A DNA stretch of 64,000 bases from NCBI RefSeq assembly GCF_009914755.1, contig NC_060925.1. One strand, given 5' to 3'. Made by a program: the position numbers and the translations under genes. The notes below the pieces were generated by a model. It worked only from the letters and a program-made list of their open reading frames with translations. It was not told the DNA's origin and ran no database searches. Source of the stretch: the human T2T-CHM13v2.0 reference genome, Homo sapiens. Below, piece after piece: positions 30,362 through 45,882 of the stretch; position 1 is the first letter of the stretch; the number at the start of each line of letters is the position of its first letter.

Positions 30362-31669
30362 ATGAAATTGAAATGGATGGACTCATCATCGAATGGATTC
30401 GAATGGAATCATCGAATAAAATTGATTGAAATCATCATCCAATGGAATCGAATGGTATCATTGAATGGAATCGAATGGAATCATCATCAGATGGAAATGA
30501 ATGGAATCGTCATAGAATGGAATCGAATGGATTCATTGAATGGAATCAGATGGAATCATCGAATGGACTGGAATGGAATCATTGAATGGAATCGAAAGGG
30601 ATCATAATTGAATGGAATTGAATGGAATCATCGAATGGTCTCGATTGGAATCATTATCAAATGGAATCGAATGGAATCACCGAATAGAATCGAATGGAAC
30701 AATCATCGAATGGACTCCAATGGAATTATCCTCAAATGGAATCGAATGGAATTATCGAATGCAATCGAATGGAATTATCGAATGCAATCGAATAGAATCA
30801 TCGAATGGACTCGAATGGAATCATCGAATGGAATGGAATGGAACAGTCAATGAACTCGAATGGAATCATCATTGAATGGAATCGAATGGAATCATCGAGT
30901 GGAATCGAATGGAATTATGATCAAATGGAATCGAATGTAATCATCATCAAATGGAATCAAAAATAACCATCATCAATTGGTATTGAATGGAATTGTCATC
31001 AAATGGAATTCAAAGGAATCATCATCAAATGGAACCGAATGGAATCCTCATTGAATGGAAATGAAAGGGGTCATCATCTAATGGAATCGCATGGAATCAT
31101 CATCAAATGGAATCGAATGGAATCATCATCAAATGGAATCTAATGGAATCATTGAACAGAATTGAATGGAATCGTCATCGAATGAATTGAATGCAATCAT
31201 CGAATGGTCTCGAATGGAATCATCTTCTAATGGAAAGGAATGGAATCATCGCATAGAATCGAATGGAATTATCATCGAATGGAATCGAATGGTATCAACA
31301 CCAAACGGAAAAAAACGGAATTATCGAATGGAATCGAAGAGAATCTTCGAACGGACCCGAATGGAATCATCTAATGGAATGGAATGGAATAATCCATGGA
31401 CTCGAATGCAATCATCATCGAATGGAATCGAATGGAATCATCGAATGGACTCGAATGGAATAATCATTGAACGGAATCGAATGGAATCATCATCGGATGG
31501 AAATGAATGGAATCATCATCGAATGGAATCGAATAGAATTATGGAATGAAATCCAGTGTGATCATCATCGAATGGACCCGAATGGAATCATCATCCAACG
31601 GAAGCTAATGGAATCAACATCGAATGAATCGAATGGAAACACCATCGAATTGAAACGAATGGAATTATT
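30362..31669 (+). repeat. 1,308-bp deletion unit U18 (one 468-bp subrepeat lost, leaving an A/B hybrid)
   Basis: Landmark spacing 1,308 = 1,776 - 468. A-type words run up to 31352 and B-type words start at 31504. Confidence 0.93.
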
Positions 31670-33249
31670 ATGAAATTGAAATGGATGGACTCATCATCGA
31701 ATGGATTCGAATGGAATCATCGAATAAAATTGATTGAAATCATCATCCAATGGAATCGAATGGTATCATTGAATGGAATCGAATGGAATCATCATCAGAT
31801 GGAAATGAAAGGAATCGTCATAGAATGGAATCGAATGGATTCATTGAATGGAATCAGATGGAATCATCGAATGGACTGGAATGGAATCATTGAATGGACT
31901 CGAAAGGGATCATGATTGAATGGAATTGAATGGAATCATCGAATGGTCTCGATTGGAATCATTATCAAATGGAATCGAATGGAATCACCGAACAGAATCG
32001 AATGGAACAATCATCGAATGGACTCAAATGGAATTATCCTCCAATGGAATCGAATGGAATTATCGAATGCAATCGAATGGAATTATCGAATGCAATCGAA
32101 TAGAATCATCGAAAGGACTCGAATGGAATCATCGAATGGAATGGAATGGAACAGTCAATGAACTCGAATGGAATCATCATTGAATGGAATCGAATGGAAT
32201 CATCGAGTGGAATCGAATGGAATTATGAGCAAATGGAATCGAATGTAATCATCATCAAATGGAATCAAAAATAACCATCATCAATTGGTATTGAATGGAA
32301 TTGTCATCAAATGGAATTCAAAGGAATCATCATCAAATGGAACCGAATGGAATCCTCATTGAATGGAAATGAAAGGGGTCATCATCTAATGGAATCGCAT
32401 GGAATCATCATCAAATGGAATAGAATGGAATCATCATCAAATGGAATCTAATGGAATCATTGAACAGAATTGAATGGAATCGTCATCGAATGAATTGAAT
32501 GCAATCATCGAATGGTCTCGAATGGAATCATCTTCTAATGGAAAGGAATGGAATCATCGCATAGAATCGAATGGAATTATCATCGAATGGAATCGAATGG
32601 TATCAACACCAAACGGAAAAAAACGGAATTATCGAATGGAATCGAAGAGAATCTTCGAACGGACCCGAATGGAATCATCTAATGGAATGGAATGGAATAA
32701 TCCATGGACTCGAATGCAATCATCATCGAATGGAATCGAATGGAATCATCGAATGGACTCGAATGGAATAATCATTGAACGGAATCGATTGGAATCATCA
32801 TCGGATGGAAACGAATGGAATCATCATCGAATGGAAATGAAAGGAGTCATCATCTAATGGAATTGCATGGAATCATCATAAAATGGAATCGAATGGAATC
32901 AACATCAAATGGAATCAAATGGAATCATTGAACGGAATTGAATGGAATCGTCATCGAATGAATTGACTGCAATCATCCAATGGTCTCGAATGGAATCATC
33001 TTCAAATGGAATGGAATGGAATCATCGCATAGAATCGAATGGAATTATCATCGAATGGAATCGAATGGAATCAACATCAAACGGAAAAAAACAGAATTAT
33101 CGTATGGAATCGAAGTGAATCATCGAAGGGACCCGAATGGAATCATCTAATGGAATGGAATGGAATAATCCATGGACTCGAATGCAATCATCATCGAATG
33201 GAATCGAATGGAATCATCGAATGGACTCGAATGGAATAATCATTGAACG

Positions 33250-36200
33250 GAATCGAATGGAATCATCATCGGATGGAAATGAATGGAATCATCATCGAAT
33301 GGAATCGAATAGAATTATGGAATGAAATCCAGTGTGATCATCATCGAATGGACCCGAATGGAATCAACATCCAACGGAAGCTAATGGAATCAACATCGAA
33401 TGAATCGAATGGAAACACCATCGAATTGAAACGAATGGAATTATCATGAAATTGAAATGGATGGACTCATCATCGAATGGATTCGAATGGAATCATCGAA
33501 TAAAATTGATTGAAATCATCATCCAATGGAATCGAATGGTATCATTGAATGGAATCGAATGGAATCATCATCAGATGGAAATGAATGGAATCGTCATAGA
33601 ATGGAATCGAATGGATTCATTGAATGGAATCAGATGGAATCATCGAATGGACTGGAATGGAATCATTGAATGGACTCGAAAGGGATCATTATTGAATGGA
33701 ATTGAATGGAATCATCGAATGGTCTCGATTGGAATCATTATCAAATGGAATCGAATGGAAACACCGAACAGAATCGAATGGAACAATCATCGAATGGACT
33801 CAAATGGAATTATCCTCAAATGGAATCGAATGGAATTATCAAATGCAATCGAATGGAATTATCGAATGCAATCGAATAGAATCATCGAATGGACTCGAAT
33901 GGAATCATCGAATGGAATGGAATGGAACAGTCAATGAACTCGAATGGAATCATCATTGAATGGAATCGAATGGAATCATCGAGTGGAATCGAATGGAATT
34001 ATGATCAAATGGAATCGAATGTAATCATCATCAAATGGAATCAAAAATAACCATCATCAATTGGTATTGAATGGAATTGTCATCAAATGGAATTCAAAGG
34101 AATCATCATCAAATGGAACCGAATGGAATCCTCATTGAATGGAAATGAAAGGGGTCATCATCTAATGGAATCGCATGGAATCATCATCAAATGGAATCGA
34201 ATGGAATCATCATCAAATGGAATCTAATGGAATCATTGAACAGAATTGAATGGAATCGTCATCGAATGAATTGAATGCAATCATCGAATGGTCTCGAATG
34301 GAATCATCTTCTAATGGAAAGGAATGGAATCATCGCATAGAATCGAATGGAATTATCATCGAATGGAATCGAATGGTATCAACACCAAACGGAAAAAAAC
34401 GGAATTATCGAATTGAATCGAAGAGAATCTTCGAACGGACCCGAATGGAATCATCTAATGGAATGGAATGGAATAATCCATGGACTCGAATGCAATCATC
34501 ATCGAATGGAATCGAATGGAATCATCGAATGGACTCGAATGGAATAATCATTGAACGGAATCGAATGGAATCATCATCGGATGGAAACGAATGGAATCAT
34601 CATCGAATGGAAATGAAAGGAGTCATCATCTAATGGAATTGCATGGAATCATCATAAAATGGAATCGAATGGAATCAACATCAAATGGAATCAAATGGAA
34701 TCATTGAACGGAATTGAATGGAATCGTCATCGAATGAATTGACTGCAATCATCCAATGGTCTCGAATGGAATCATCTTCAAATGGAATGGAATGGAATCA
34801 TCGCATAGAATCGAATGGAATTATCATCGAATGGAATCGAATGGAATCAACATCAAACGGAAAAAAATGGAATTATCGAATGGAATCGAAGAGAATCGTC
34901 GAATGGACCCGAATGGAATCATCTAATGGAATGGAATGGAATAATCCATGGACTCGAATGCAATCATCATCGAATGGAATCGAATGGAATCATCGAATGG
35001 ACTCGAATGGAATAATCATTGAACGGAATCGAATGGAATCATCATCGGATGGAAATGAATGGAATCATCATCGAATGGAATCGAATAGAATTATGGAATG
35101 AAATCCAGTGTGATCATCATCGAATGGACCCGAATGGAATCATCATCCAACGGAAGCTAATGGAATCAACATCGAATGAATCGAATGGAAACACCATCGA
35201 ATTGAAACGAATGGAATTATCATGAAATTGAAATGGATGGACTCATCATCGAATGGATTCGAATGGAATCATCGAATAAAATTGATTGAAATCATCATCC
35301 AATGGAATCGAATGGTATCATTGAATGGAATCGAATGGAATCATCATCAGATGGAAATGAATGGAATCGTCATAGAATGGAATCGAATGGATTCATTGAA
35401 TGGAATCAGATGGAATCATCGAATGGACTGGAATGGAATCATTGAATGGAATCGAAAGGGATCATAATTGAATGGAATTGAATGGAATCATCGAATGGTC
35501 TCGATTGGAATCATTATCAAATGGAATCGAATGGAATCACCGAATAGAATCGAATGGAACAATCATCGAATGGACTCAAATGGAATTATCCTCCAATGGA
35601 ATCGAATGGAATTATCGAATGCAATCGAATGGAATTATCGAATGCAATCGAATAGAATCATCGAATGGACTCGAATGGAATCATCGAATGGAATGGAATG
35701 GAACAGTCAATGAACTCGAATGGAATCATCATTGAATGGAATCGAATGGAATCATCGAGTGGAATCGAATGGAATTATGATCAAATGGAATCGAATGTAA
35801 TCATCATCAAATGGAATCAAAAATAACCATCATCAATTGGTATTGAATGGAATTGTCATCAAATGGAATTCAAAGGAATCATCATCAAATGGAACCGAAT
35901 GGAATCCTCATTGAATGGAAATGAAAGGGGTCATCATCTAATGGAATCGCATGGAATCATCATCAAATGGAATCGAATGGAATCATCATCAAATGGAATC
36001 TAATGGAATCATTGAACAGAATTGAATGGAATCGTCATCGAATGAATTGAATGCAATCATCGAATGGTCTCGAATGGAATCATCTTCTAATGGAAAGGAA
36101 TGGAATCATCGCATAGAATCGAATGGAATTATCATCGAATGGAATCGAATGGTATCAACACCAAACGGAAAAAAACGGAATTATCGAATGGAATCGAAGA

Positions 36201-39200
36201 GAATCTTCGAACGGACCCGAATGGAATCATCTAATGGAATGGAATGGAATAATCCATGGACTCGAATGCAATCATCATCGAATGGAATCGAATGGAATCA
36301 TCGAATGGACTCGAATGGAATAATCATTGAACGGAATCGATTGGAATCATCATCGGATGGAAACGAATGGAATCATCATCGAATGGAAATGAAAGGAGTC
36401 ATCATCTAATGGAATTGCATGGAATCATCATAAAATGGAATCGAATGGAATCAACATCAAATGGAATCAAATGGAATCATTGAACGGAATTGAATGGAAT
36501 CGTCATCGAATGAATTGACTGCAATCATCGAATGGTCTCGAATGGAATCATCTTCAAATGGAATGGAATGGAATCATCGCATAAAATCGAATGGAATTAT
36601 CATCGAATGGAATCGAATGGAATCAACATCCAACGGAAAAAAACGGAATTATCGAATGGAATCGAAGAGAATCATCGAATGGACCCGAATGGAATCATCT
36701 AATGGAATGGAATGGAATAATCCATGGACTCGAATGCAATCATCATCGAATGGAATCGAATGGAATCATCGAATGGACTCGAATGGAATAATCATTGAAC
36801 GGAATCGAATGGAATCATCATCGGATGGAAATGAATGGAATCATCATCGAATGGAATCGAATAGAATTATGGAATGAAATCCAGTGTGATCATCATCGAA
36901 TGGACCCGAATGGAATCAACATCCAACGGAAGCTAATGGAATCAACATCGAATGAATCGAATGGAAACACCATCGAATTGAAACGAATGGAATTATCATG
37001 AAATTGAAATGGATGGACTCATCATCGAATGGATTCGAATGGAATCATCGAATAAAATTGATTGAAATCATCATCCAATGGAATCGAATGGTATCATTGA
37101 ATGGAATCGAATGGAATCATCATCAGATGGAAATGAATGGAATCGTCATAGAATGGAATCGAATGGATTCATTGAATAGAATCAGATGGAATCATCGAAT
37201 GGACTGGAATGGAATCATTGAATGGACTCGAAAGGGATCATTATTGAATGGAATTGAATGGAATCATCGAATGGTCTCGATTGGAATCATTATCAAATGG
37301 AATCGAATGAAATCACCGAACAGAATCGAATGGAACAATCATCGAATGGACTCAAATGGAATTATCCTCCAATGGAATCGAATGGAATTATCGAATGCAA
37401 TCGAATGGAATTATCGAATGCAATCGAATAGAATCATCGAGTGGACTCGAATGGAATCATCGAATGGAATGGAATGGAACAGTCAATGAACTCGAATGGA
37501 ATCATCATTGAATGGAATCGAATGGAATCATCGAGTGGAATCGAATGGAATTATGATCAAATGGAATCGAATGTAATCATCATCAAATGGAATCAAAAAT
37601 AACCATCATCAATTGGTATTGAATGGAATTGTCATCAAATGGAATTCAAAGGAATCATCATCAAATGGAACCGAATGGAATCCTCATTGAATGGAAATGA
37701 AAGGGGTCATCATCTAATGGAATCGCATGGAATCATCATCAAATGGAATCGAATGGAATCATCATCAAATGGAATCTAATGGAATCATTGAACAGAATTG
37801 AATGGAATCGTCATCGAATGAATTGAATGCAATCATCGAATGGTCTCGAATGGAATCATCTTCTAATGGAAAGGAATGGAATCATCGCATAGAATCGAAT
37901 GGAATTATCATCGAATGGAATCGAATGGTATCAACACCAAACGGAAAAAAACGGAATTATCGAATTGAATCGAAGAGAATCTTCGAACGGACCCGAATGG
38001 AATCATCTAATGGAATGGAATGGAATAATCCATGGACTCGAATGCAATCATCATCGAATGGAATCGAATGGAATCATCGAATGGACTCGAATGGAATAAT
38101 CATTGAACGGAATCGAATGGAATCATCATCGGATGGAAACGAATGGAATCATCATCGAATGGAAATGAAAGGAGTCATCATCTAATGGAATTGCATGGAA
38201 TCATCATAAAATGGAATCGAATGGAATCAACATCAAATGGAATCAAATGGAATCATTGAACGGAATTGAATGGAATCGTCATCGAATGAATTGACTGCAA
38301 TCATCCAATGGTCTCGAATGGAATCATCTTCAAATGGAATGGAATGGAATCATCGCATAGAATCGAATGGAATTATCATCGAATGGAATCGAATGGAATC
38401 AACATCAAACGGAAAAAAACGGAATTATCGAATGGAATCGAAGAGAATCATCGAATGGACCCGAATGGAATCATCTAATGGAATGGAATGGAATAATCCA
38501 TGGACTCGAATGCAATCATCATCGAATGGAATCGAATGGAATCATCGAATGGACTCGAATGGAATAATCATTGAACGGAATCGAATGGAATCATCATCGG
38601 ATGTAAATGAATGGAATCATCATCGAATGGAATCGAATAGAATTATGGAATGAAATCCAGTGTGATCATCATCGAATGGACCCGAATGGAATCATCATCC
38701 AACGGAAGCTAATGGAATCAACATCGAATGAATCGAATGGAAACACCATCGAATTGAAACGAATGGAATTATCATGAAATTGAAATGGATGGACTCATCA
38801 TCGAATGGATTCGAATGGAATCATCGAATAAAATTGATTGAAATCATCATCCAATGGAATCGAATGGTATCATTGAATGGAATCGAATGGAATCATCATC
38901 AGATGGAAATGAATGGAATCGTCATAGAATGGAATCGAATGGATTCATTGAATGGAATCAGATGGAATCATCGAATGGACTGGAATGGAATCATTGAATG
39001 GAATCGAAAGGGATCATAATTCAATGGAATTGAATGGAATCATCGAATGGTCTCGATTGGAATCATTATCAAATGGAATCGAATGGAATCACCGAATAGA
39101 ATCGAATGGAACAATCATCGAATGGACTCAAATGGAATTATCCTCCAATGGAATCGAATGGAATTATCGAATGCAATCGAATGGAATTATCGAATGCAAT

Positions 39201-40350
39201 CGAATAGAATCATCGAATGGACTCGAATGGAATCATCGAATGGAATGGAATGGAACAGTCAATGAACTCGAATGGAATCATCATTGAATGGAATCGAATG
39301 GAATCATCGAGTGGAATCGAATGGAATTATGATCAAATGGAATCGAATGTAATCATCATCAAATGGAATCAAAAATAACCATCATCAATTGGTATTGAAT
39401 GGAATTGTCATCAAATGGAATTCAAAGGAATCATCATCAAATGGAACCGAATGGAATCCTCATTGAATGGAAATGAAAGGGTTCATCATCTAATGGAATC
39501 GCATGGAATCATCATCAAATGGAATCGAATGGAATCATCATCAAATGGAATCTAATGGAATCATTGAACAGAATTGAATGGAATCGTCATCGAATGAATT
39601 GAATGCAATCATCGAATGGTCTCGAATGGAATCATCTTCTAATGGAAAGGAATGGAATCATCGCATAGAATCGAATGGAATTATCATCGAATGGAATCGA
39701 ATGGTATCAACACCAAACGGAAAAAAACGGAATTATCGAATGGAATCGAAGAGAATCTTCGAACGGACCCGAATGGAATCATCTAATGGAATGGAATGGA
39801 ATAATCCATGGACTCGAATGCAATCATCATCGAATGGAATCGAATGGAATCATCGAATGGACTCGAATGGAATAATCATTGAACGGAATCGATTGGAATC
39901 ATCATCGGATGGAAACGAATGGAATCATCATCGAATGGAAATGAAAGGAGTCATCATCTAATGGAATTGCATGGAATCATCATAAAATGGAATCGAATGG
40001 AATCAACATCAAATGGAATCAAATGGAATCATTGAACGGAATTGAATGGAATCGTCATCGAATGAATTGACTGCAATCATCCAATGGTCTCGAATGGAAT
40101 CATCTTCAAATGGAATGGAATGGAATCATCGCATAAAATCGAATGGAATTATCATCGAATGGAATCGAATGGAATCAACATCCAACGGAAAAAAACGGAA
40201 TTATCGAATGGAATCGAAGAGAATCATCGAATGGACCCGAATGGAATCATCTAATGGAATGGAATGGAATAATCCATGGACTCGAATGCAATCATCATCG
40301 AATGGAATCGAATGGAATCATCGAATGGACTCGAATGGAATAATCATTGA
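33250..40350 (+). repeat. Tandem duplication of a 3,552-bp dimer (U20-U21 / U22-U23), approximate boundaries
   Basis: Variants recur at +3,552: gaatcAacatcc 33366/36918, cgaatTgaat ~34414/~37966, gggatcatAatt ~35466/~39018, cgaTtgg 36341/39893 and catAAaatc 36584/40136. Confidence 0.8.
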
Positions 40351-42325
40351 ACGGAATCGAATGGAATCATCATCGGATGGAAATGAATGGAATCATCATC
40401 GAATGGAATCGAATAGAATTATGGAATGAAATCCAGTGTGATCATCATCGAATGGACCCGAATGGAATCATCATCCAACGGAAGCTAATGGAATCAACAT
40501 CGAATGAATCAAATGGAAACACCATCGAATTGAAACGAATGGAATTATCATGAAATTGAAATGGATGGACTCATCATCGAATGGATTCGAATGGAATCAT
40601 CGAATAAAATTGATTGAAATCATCATCCAATGGAATCGAATGGTATCATTGAATGGAATCGAATGGAATCATCATCAGATGGAAATGAATGGAATCGTCA
40701 TAGAATGGAATCGAATGGATTCATTGAATGGAATCAGATGGAATCATCGAATGGACTGGAATGGAATCATTGAATGGACTCGAAAGGGATCATGATTGAA
40801 TGGAATTGAATGGAATCATCGAATGGTCTCGATTGGAATCATTATCAAATGGAATCGAATGGAATCACCGAATAGAATCGAATGGAACAATCATCGAATG
40901 GACTCAAATGGAATTATCCTCCAATGGAATGGAATGGAATTATCGAATGCAATCGAATGGAATTATCGAATGCAATCGAATAGAATCATCGAATGGACTC
41001 GAATGGAATCATCGAATGGAATGGAATGGAACAGTCAATGAACTCGAATGGAATCATCATTGAATGGAATCGAATGGAATCATCGAGTGGAATCGAATGG
41101 AATTATGATCAAATGGAATCGAATGTAATCATCATCAAATGGAATCAAAAATAACCATCATCAATTGGTATTGAATGGAATTGTCATCAAATGGAATTCA
41201 AAGGAATCATCATCAAATGGAACCGAATGGAATCCTCATTGAATGGAAATGAAAGGGGTCATCATCTAATGGAATCGCATGGAATCATCATCAAATGGAA
41301 TCGAATGGAATCATCATCAAATGGAATCTAATGGAATCATTGAACAGAATTGAATGGAATCGTCATCGAATGAATTGAATGCAATCATCGAATGGTCTCG
41401 AATGGAATCATCTTCTAATGGAAAGGAATGGAATCATCGCATAGAATCGAATGGAATTATCATCGAATGGAATCGAATGGTATCAACACCAAACGGAAAA
41501 AAACGGAATTATCGAATGGAATCGAAGAGAATCTTCGAACGGACCCGAATGGAATCATCTAATGGAATGGAATGGAATAATCCATGGACTCGAATGCAAT
41601 CATCATCGAATGGAATCGAATGGAATCATCGAATGGACTCGAATGGAATAATCATTGAACGGAATCGATTGGAATCATCATCGGATGGAAACGAATGGAA
41701 TCATCATCGAATGGAAATGAAAGGAGTCATCATCTAATGGAATTGCATGGAATCATCATAAAATGGAATCGAATGGAATCAACATCAAATGGAATCAAAT
41801 GGAATCATTGAACGGAATTGAATGGAATCGTCATCGAATGAATTGACTGCAATCATCCAATGGTCTCGAATGGAATCATCTTCAAATGGAATGGAATGGA
41901 ATCATCGCATAGAATCGAATGGAATTATCATCGAATGGAATCGAATGGAATCAACATCCAACGGAAAAAAACGGAATTATCGAATGGAATCGAAGAGAAT
42001 CATCGAATGGACCCGAATGGAATCATCTAATGGAATGGAATGGAATAATCCATGGACTCGAATGCAATCATCATCGAATGGAATCGAATGGAATCATCGA
42101 ATGGACTCGAATGGAATAATCATTGAACGGAATCGAATGGAATCATCATCGGATGGAAATGAATGGAATCATCATCGAATGGAATCGAATAGAATTATGG
42201 AATGAAATCCAGTGTGATCATCATCGAATGGACCCGAATGGAATCATCATCCAACGGAAGCTAATGGAATCAACATCGAATGAATCAAATGGAAACACCA
42301 TCGAATTGAAACGAATGGAATTATC

Positions 42326-44106
42326 ATGAAATTGAAATGGATGGACTCATCATCGAATGGATTCGAATGGAATCATCGAATAAAATTGATTGAAATCATC
42401 ATCGAATGGAATCGAATGGTATCATTGAATGGAATCGAATGGAATCATCATCAGATGGAAATGAATGGAATCGTCATAGAATGGAATCGAATGGATTCAT
42501 TGAATGGAATCAGATGGAATCATCGAATGGACTGGAATGGAATCATTGAATGGACTCGAAAGGGATCATGATTGAATGGAATTGAATGGAATCATCGAAT
42601 GGTCTCGATTGGAATCATTATCAAATGGAATCGAATGGAATCACCGAATAGAATCGAATGGAACAATCATCGAATGGACTCAAATGGAATTATCCTCAAA
42701 TGGAATCGAATGGAATTATCGAATGCAAACGAATGGAATTATCGAATGCAATCGAATAGAATCATCGAATGGACTCGAGTGGAATCATCGAATGGAATGG
42801 AATGGAATGGAACAGTCAATGAACTCGAATGGAATCATCATTGAATGGAATCGAATGGAATCATCGAGTAGAATCGAATGGAATTATGATCAAATGGAAT
42901 CGAATGTAATCATCATCAAATGGAATCAAAAATAACCATCATCAATTGGTATTGAATGGAATTGTCATCAAATGGAATTCAAAGGAATCATCATCAAATG
43001 GAACCTAATGGAATCCTCATTGAATGGAAATGAAAGGGGTCATCATCTAATGGAATCGCATGGAATCATCATCAAATGGAATCGAATGGAATCATCATCA
43101 AATGGAATCTAATGGAATCATTGAACAGAATTGAATGGAATCGTCATCGAATGAATTGAATGCAATCATCGAATGGTCTCGAATGGAATCATCTTCTAAT
43201 GGAAAGGAATGGAATCATCGCATAGAATCGAATGGAATTATCATCGAATGGAATCGAATGGTATCAACACCAAACGGAAAAAAACGGAATTATCGAATGG
43301 AATCGAAGAGAATCTTCGAACGGACCCGAATGGAATCATCTAATGGAATGGAATGGAATAATCCATGGACTCGAATGCAATCATCATCGAATGGAATCGA
43401 ATGGAATCATCGAATGGACTCGAATGGAATAATCATTGAACGGAATCGAATGGAATCATCATCGGATGGAAACGAATGGAATCATCATCGAATGGAAATG
43501 AAAGGAGTCATCATCTAATGGAATTGCATGGAATCATCATAAAATGGAATCGAATGGAATCAACATCAAATGGAATCAAATGGAATCATTGAACGGAATT
43601 GAATGGAATCGTCATCGAATGAATTGACTGCAATCATCCAATGGTCTCGAATGGAATCATCTTCAAATGGAATGGAATGGAATCATCGCATAGAATCGAA
43701 TGGAATTATCGTCGAATGGAATCGAATGGAATCAACATCAAATGGAAAAAAACGGAATTATCGAATGGAATCGAAGAGAATCATCGAATGGACCCGAATG
43801 GAATCATCTAATGGAATGGAATGGAATAATCCATGGACTCGAATGCAATCATCATCGAATGGAATCGAATGGAATCATCGAATGGACTCGAATGGAATAA
43901 TCATTGAACGGAATCGAATGGAATCATCATCGGATGGAAATGAATGGAATCATCATCGAATGGAATCGAATAGAATTATGGAATGAAATCCAGTGTGATC
44001 ATCATCGAATGGACCCGAATGGAATCATCATCCAACGGAAGCTAATGGAATCAACATCGAATGAATCAAATGGAAACACCATCGAATTGAAACGAATGGA
44101 ATTATC
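42326..44106 (+). repeat. 1,781-bp variant unit U25 (+5 bp)
   Basis: gaatggaatggaatggaatggaacag at ~42790-42815 and linked cgagtAgaat at 42870. Landmark spacing is 1,781. Confidence 0.9.
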
Positions 44107-45882
44107 ATGAAATTGAAATGGATGGACTCATCATCGAATGGATTCGAATGGAATCATCGAATAAAATTGATTGAAATCATCATCGAATGGAATCGAATGG
44201 TATCATTGAATGGAATCGAATGGAATCATCATCAGATGGAAATGAATGGAATCGTCATAGAATGGAATCGAATGGATTCATTGAATGGAATCAGATGGAA
44301 TCATCGAATGGACTGGAATGGAATCATTGAATGGACTCGAAAGGGATCATGATTGAATGGAATTGAATGAAATCATCGAATGGTCTCGATTGGAATCATT
44401 ATCAAATGGAATCGAATGGAATCACCGAATAGAATCGAATGGAACAATCATCGAATGGACTCAAATGGAATTATCCTCCAATGGAATCGAATGGAATTAT
44501 CGAATGCAATCGAATGGAATTATCGAATGCAATCGAATAGAATCATCGAATGGACTCGAATGGAATCATCGAATGGAATGGAATGGAACAGTCAATGAAC
44601 TCGAATGGAATCATCATTGAATGGAATCGAATGGAATCATCGAGTGGAATCGAATGGAATTATGATCAAATGGAATCGAATGTAATCATCATCAAATGGA
44701 ATCAAAAATAACCATCATCAATTGGTATTGAATGGAATTGTCATCAAATGGAATTCAAAGGAATCAATATCAAATGGAACCGAATGGAATCCTCATTGAA
44801 TGGAAATGAAAGGGGTCATCATCTAATGGAATCGCATGGAATCATCATCAAATGGAATCGAATGGAATCATCATCAAATGGAATCTAATGGAATCATTGA
44901 ACAGAATTGAATGGAATCGTCATCGAATGAATTGAATGCAATCATCGAATGGTCTCGAATGGAATCATCTTCTAATGGAAAGGAATGGAATCATCGCATA
45001 GAATCGAATGGAATTATCATCGAATGGAATCGAATGGTATCAACACCAAACGGAAAAAAACGGAATTATCGAATGGAATCGAAGAGAATCTTCGAACGGA
45101 CCCGAATGGAATCATCTAATGGAATGGAATGGAATAATCCATGGACTCGAATGCAATCATCATCGAATGGAATCGAATGGAATCATCGAATGGACTCGAA
45201 TGGAATAATCATTGAACGGAATCGATTGGAATCATCATCGGATGGAAACGAATGGAATCATCATCGAATGGAAATGAAAGGAGTCATCATCTAATGGAAT
45301 TGCATGGAATCATCATAAAATGGAATCGAATGGAATCAACATCAAATGGAATCAAATGGAATCATTGAACGGAATTGAATGGAATCGTCATCGAATGAAT
45401 TGACTGCAATCATCCAATGGTCTCGAATGGAATCATCTTCAAATGGAATGGAATGGAATCATCGCATAGAATCGAATGGAATTATCATCGAATGGAATCG
45501 AATGGAATCAACATCCAACGGAAAAAAACGGAATTATCGAATGGAATCGAAGAGAATCATCGAATGGACCCGAATGGAATCATCTAATGGAATGGAATGG
45601 AATAATCCATGGACTCGAATGCAATCATCATCGAATGGAATCGAATGGAATCATCGAATGGACTCGAATGGAATAATCATTGAACGGAATCGAATGGAAT
45701 CATCATCGGATGGAAATGAATGGAATCATCATCGAATGGAATCGAATAGAATTATGGAATGAAATCCAGTGTGATCATCATCGAATGGACCCGAATGGAA
45801 TCATCATCCAACGGAAGCTAATGGAATCAACATCGAATGAATCAAATGGAAACACCATCGAATTGAAACGAATGGAATTATC

